Source: Alphaproteobacteria bacterium | GTDB lineage: Bacteria; Pseudomonadota; Alphaproteobacteria; UBA7887 | Reading direction: 5' to 3' | Length of the DNA stretch: 64,000 nt | NCBI GenBank assembly: GCA_965216755.1 | Contig: CBDCGL010000011.1 | Coordinates: 1,984,001-2,048,000, forward strand | Shown: in pieces, positions 61,304-64,000 of the stretch | Position numbering within the stretch: position 1 is the first letter of the stretch | How the letters are laid out: every line of letters starts with the position of its first letter | Translations under genes and position numbers: made by a program | Notes under the pieces: generated by a model | The model's input: only the letters and a program-made list of their open reading frames with translations | The model's database searches: none | Told to the model about the DNA's origin: nothing

Positions 61304-61723
61304 ATGAGCGTTGAGCAAAGCCCGAGACGCAACGAGAAAAGCTTAAAACCGAATTTGGTCGTCCGCGGTGAACCGGACGGCGGTCGCGCATCGGCAATCG
61401 CGATTGTCGGTTTGTTGTGCGCCGCGAAGAACGCGGCCAAGGTCAGCTTCTCCAACGACTATTGCGTAACTCACATTCAGAAGTGCGAAGAACTGCTAAG
61501 AGTGAAATACAATATAGGTTCTGGTCTTGTGCCCAAAGAGACCTATGATGAAACTTACTGTGCCTTCATTGTTCTCATAAGAATGCTCTCATATATTCAT
61601 ATGGAACTCTCGGAGAACTTCAATGATGCGTCCAATTCCGACATTATAGGCCAGTGTATTCGGCACCTTGTGTCGTCGCAGAACATTTCACCGAACGACC
61701 TCTATCCATCCAAGGTGACCTAA
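61304..61723 (+). CDS. Hypothetical helical protein with an apparent internal duplication
   Basis: ATG after a GAGGTGGGG RBS-like site, downstream of box 2; two similar helix-pair segments. Confidence 0.55.
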   Translation: MSVEQSPRRNEKSLKPNLVVRGEPDGGRASAIAIVGLLCAAKNAAKVSFSNDYCVTHIQKCEELLRVKYNIGSGLVPKETYDETYCAFIVLIRMLSYIHMELSENFNDASNSDIIGQCIRHLVSSQNISPNDLYPSKVT

Positions 61724-61753
61724 CGACCTGATAGCATTGGGCACGGAAGCGAC

Positions 61754-62686
61754 ATGGCGCAAGCGGTCCTCGGTCCGTCGATGAACGACTCCACTACGGA
61801 GCGACTAGGTGGAGACGCAACCGTCGCGGATGATCACAGCGTATGTCTTGGCGGATTGACGCCACAAGAGTTCGCTCTTGAGGATGCGACTATCGCCGCG
61901 ATTCTTGCACCGGGTCCGCGACATCCAGTCATGTTTCTTCATGGCAATTCCTCATGTAAAGAGGTCTGGGTGCATCAGATCGCAGCCTTGCGGAAACGCG
62001 GACACGCGATTGCTGCCCCCGATTTGCCCGGCCATGGGCGAAGCACCAACGCCAAGAATGCAGTCTCTACATATAGTTTCCCGGGATATGCGAGTGTCGT
62101 CAGCCACCTGCTCGACGCGATCGGTTGGCCGACCGTCGACGTTGTCGGTTGGTCGTTGGGCGGCCATATCGGCCTGCAATGGCTCGCAACCGACAAGCGC
62201 GTGAGATCATTAACGATTGTTGGCACGCCGCCGGCTTGTCCGGGCCGGGCAGCGTTACAAGATGCATTCCATGTGTCATCAAGTATGGATCTGACAGGCA
62301 AACCTCACTTCACCGCCGTCGAAGCGTGCACCTACGCCGCGAGTACCCTGGGCGGCGCGAACTGGGTCTCACCCCACCTGCTCGAAAATGTACGACGCAC
62401 ACATGGCCTTGCGCGCCAAGAAATGTATTCAAACGCTGTTCGCGGCGAAGGGATCGATCAACGCCGCCTGGTGGAGACAGACCCCCGGCCGCTCTGCGTT
62501 TTCCATGGCGCAGGCGATCCTTTTGTACGCTTGGACTATCTGATTTCGCTGCAATATCGAAATCTTTGGGCGAATCAGGTCCACGTCATCGCGGATGCAG
62601 GACATGCGCCGCACTGGCAATATCCAGAAGCTTTTAATGCTGTCCTTTGTGCTTTTCTATCGGACTGCGTTGCACAAACAGATTGA
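61754..62686 (+). CDS. Alpha/beta hydrolase, AidH-like AHL lactonase
   Basis: HGNSS, APDLPGHG.S, YS..GYA, GWSLGGHIG, GTPP, D/EPFV.LD, NLW...HVI..AGHAP match the Ochrobactrum AidH motifs as recalled. Confidence 0.8.
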   Translation: MAQAVLGPSMNDSTTERLGGDATVADDHSVCLGGLTPQEFALEDATIAAILAPGPRHPVMFLHGNSSCKEVWVHQIAALRKRGHAIAAPDLPGHGRSTNAKNAVSTYSFPGYASVVSHLLDAIGWPTVDVVGWSLGGHIGLQWLATDKRVRSLTIVGTPPACPGRAALQDAFHVSSSMDLTGKPHFTAVEACTYAASTLGGANWVSPHLLENVRRTHGLARQEMYSNAVRGEGIDQRRLVETDPRPLCVFHGAGDPFVRLDYLISLQYRNLWANQVHVIADAGHAPHWQYPEAFNAVLCAFLSDCVAQTD

Positions 62687-63080
62687 GACATCCTCATCGA
62701 CCGCGTCACGATTTGAATTTCATACGGCTTTGAGTTTACAATCATTAGTTGACGCGCCCCGGACCAAGGGCGACGAATGATATGAGTACGTTCTTGACGC
62801 GAATCGGCCGTGAATGCGAACTGAACAGCTGATCCTGACAAGTCTCACCATCTCCGCTCGGAAGGGTGGTGGCGACCACTGCCTTATTCCTCATGGCGAC
62901 AACATCGTCACTCGTTGAGCACGGTTAACCATGCAGTGTTTCGATGCGGTCGATTTTTTTACGTGTTACGAACTTGTTTGGCCGATTCACCCGAAGTATC
63001 GGTTTTCGGAAATCTCATATGGCAGGGTGGGATCATGCGAGTTTGGCCCGCCCGATGAGAATTGGAGCGCATAAGACAAA

Positions 63081-63512
63081 ATGGTAGCCCAGCCCGCCCC
63101 TGTAGACGTTCACGTTGGAAGCCGAATCCTGCTTCGGCGAAAGCTTTTGGGCATGAGCCAAGACCAGTTGGCCAAGGCGATTGGTGTTACGTTCCAACAG
63201 GTGCAGAAGTACGAACGTGGCGCCAATCGCGTTGTTGCCAGCCGACTCTTCGAGATTGCCCGCGTTTTAAATGTACCGGTGTCGTTTTTCTTTGACGACA
63301 TTTCGACACTATCGGGTCAGAGCGCTGTGGGGCTGCTTAATCATGATGATTCGGTCGAAACACCTCCCCTAACCGCCCGTGAAACCATGGAAATTGCCAT
63401 GGTCTTTCACCGTATCCCGGATCGAGCGGTTCGCAAACGCATCTTCGATCTAATCAAGGCGATCGCCACCGGATTCGAACGAGCCAGCCCGGACGAACCG
63501 AAGCCGCTATAG
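63081..63512 (+). CDS. XRE-family HTH regulator, PraR/PhrR-like
   Basis: PVDVHVGSRI.LRR..LGMSQ..L...IGVTFQQVQKYE.GANRV.ASRL..IA.VLNVPVSFFF. Confidence 0.88.
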   Translation: MVAQPAPVDVHVGSRILLRRKLLGMSQDQLAKAIGVTFQQVQKYERGANRVVASRLFEIARVLNVPVSFFFDDISTLSGQSAVGLLNHDDSVETPPLTARETMEIAMVFHRIPDRAVRKRIFDLIKAIATGFERASPDEPKPL

Positions 63513-63532
63513 ATCTTGGGCGCCGACGGCCA

Positions 63533-64000
63533 TCAAGATCCCCCGCTAAATTCCGCCATACTGTCGACGAGCATCGCGGCAAGATGTCGGCAGAATGACG
63601 GTAAGACGTACAGCCAGTATGTTGGTTGCGGATCGGTCTTCTCGACAAAAACCTGGGTCCTTGCGATCACCGTCCCAACGACGCGACCGACCGCAAATAC
63701 GGACGGATGCAGGTCGATTAGGCAAAGCTTCTCAAGCACGCGTGTCGCCTTGGGCCCGGACAATTCCACAACCAAGCGAGACGACGAGGCATCGGTGATG
63801 GATACGTGCTGGCCGGCCAGTGTCCGACGCAAGATCGATTTCATCGCAGTGACATCGGGATGCACAACGAGCCAACAATCAGGCCCTAGCCACAGAACCT
63901 TTGCGCCCCCAGGGCTGGACGATACCGTGCACGGACCCAACGGCAGCGGGCATCCAACGGCGCCCATCGCCTCTTCTAGGAATGCCGGGTCATCCGGATT
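63533..64000 (-). CDS. soxG: Sarcosine oxidase subunit gamma family, 3' part (starts beyond window)
   Basis: Frame is open to the window edge (NPDDPAFL...LP); LWLGPD.WL, L.GP.A..VL.K.C.IDLHP..F, V..SF. Confidence 0.85.
   Translation of the reverse strand, partial: NPDDPAFLEEAMGAVGCPLPLGPCTVSSSPGGAKVLWLGPDCWLVVHPDVTAMKSILRRTLAGQHVSITDASSSRLVVELSGPKATRVLEKLCLIDLHPSVFAVGRVVGTVIARTQVFVEKTDPQPTYWLYVLPSFCRHLAAMLVDSMAEFSGGS

Noticed and set aside
37403-64000. Intact prophage/ICE or a second att copy of the tRNA 3' end
   Set aside because: No intact integrase, phage, conjugation or transposase genes, and no duplicated tRNA end seen in the window.

Overview
Chromosomal window of a GC-rich alphaproteobacterium; the gene order is Rhodospirillales-like (inference). 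Positions 1-37.3 kb are core genes: lptF-lptG-lptD-surA-rsmA (no pdxA), gmk-yicC-mltG-fabF-acpP-fabG-fabD, rpsF-rpsR-DUF2232-rplI, cfa-dnaB-alr-mlaE-mlaF-radA-cvpA-purF-SDR, der-bamB-yfgM, and guaA-TPR-rsmB-guaB-rlmE-ppx. A tRNA-Gln(CTG) at 37329-37402 is overlapped by an apparent serine-recombinase relic and marks the start of an accessory region. That region holds an orphan TRAP solute-binding protein, a PQQ alcohol dehydrogenase with a lanthanide-type DxD motif plus cytochrome c and a seven-gene MoxR/vWA/Bat chaperone operon, and a decaying ABC transporter with hemerythrin, intradiol dioxygenase and Rieske genes. The best candidate for an undescribed system is an atypical quorum-sensing cassette at 57.9-63.5 kb. 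It contains luxR, a luxI - small ORF - ectB-like diaminobutyrate aminotransferase unit, two near-identical inverted lux-box-like sites, a divergent small ORF with an AidH-like lactonase, and a PraR/PhrR-type XRE regulator. The window ends inside soxG. All family calls come from motifs recognised by eye; no database searches were run.
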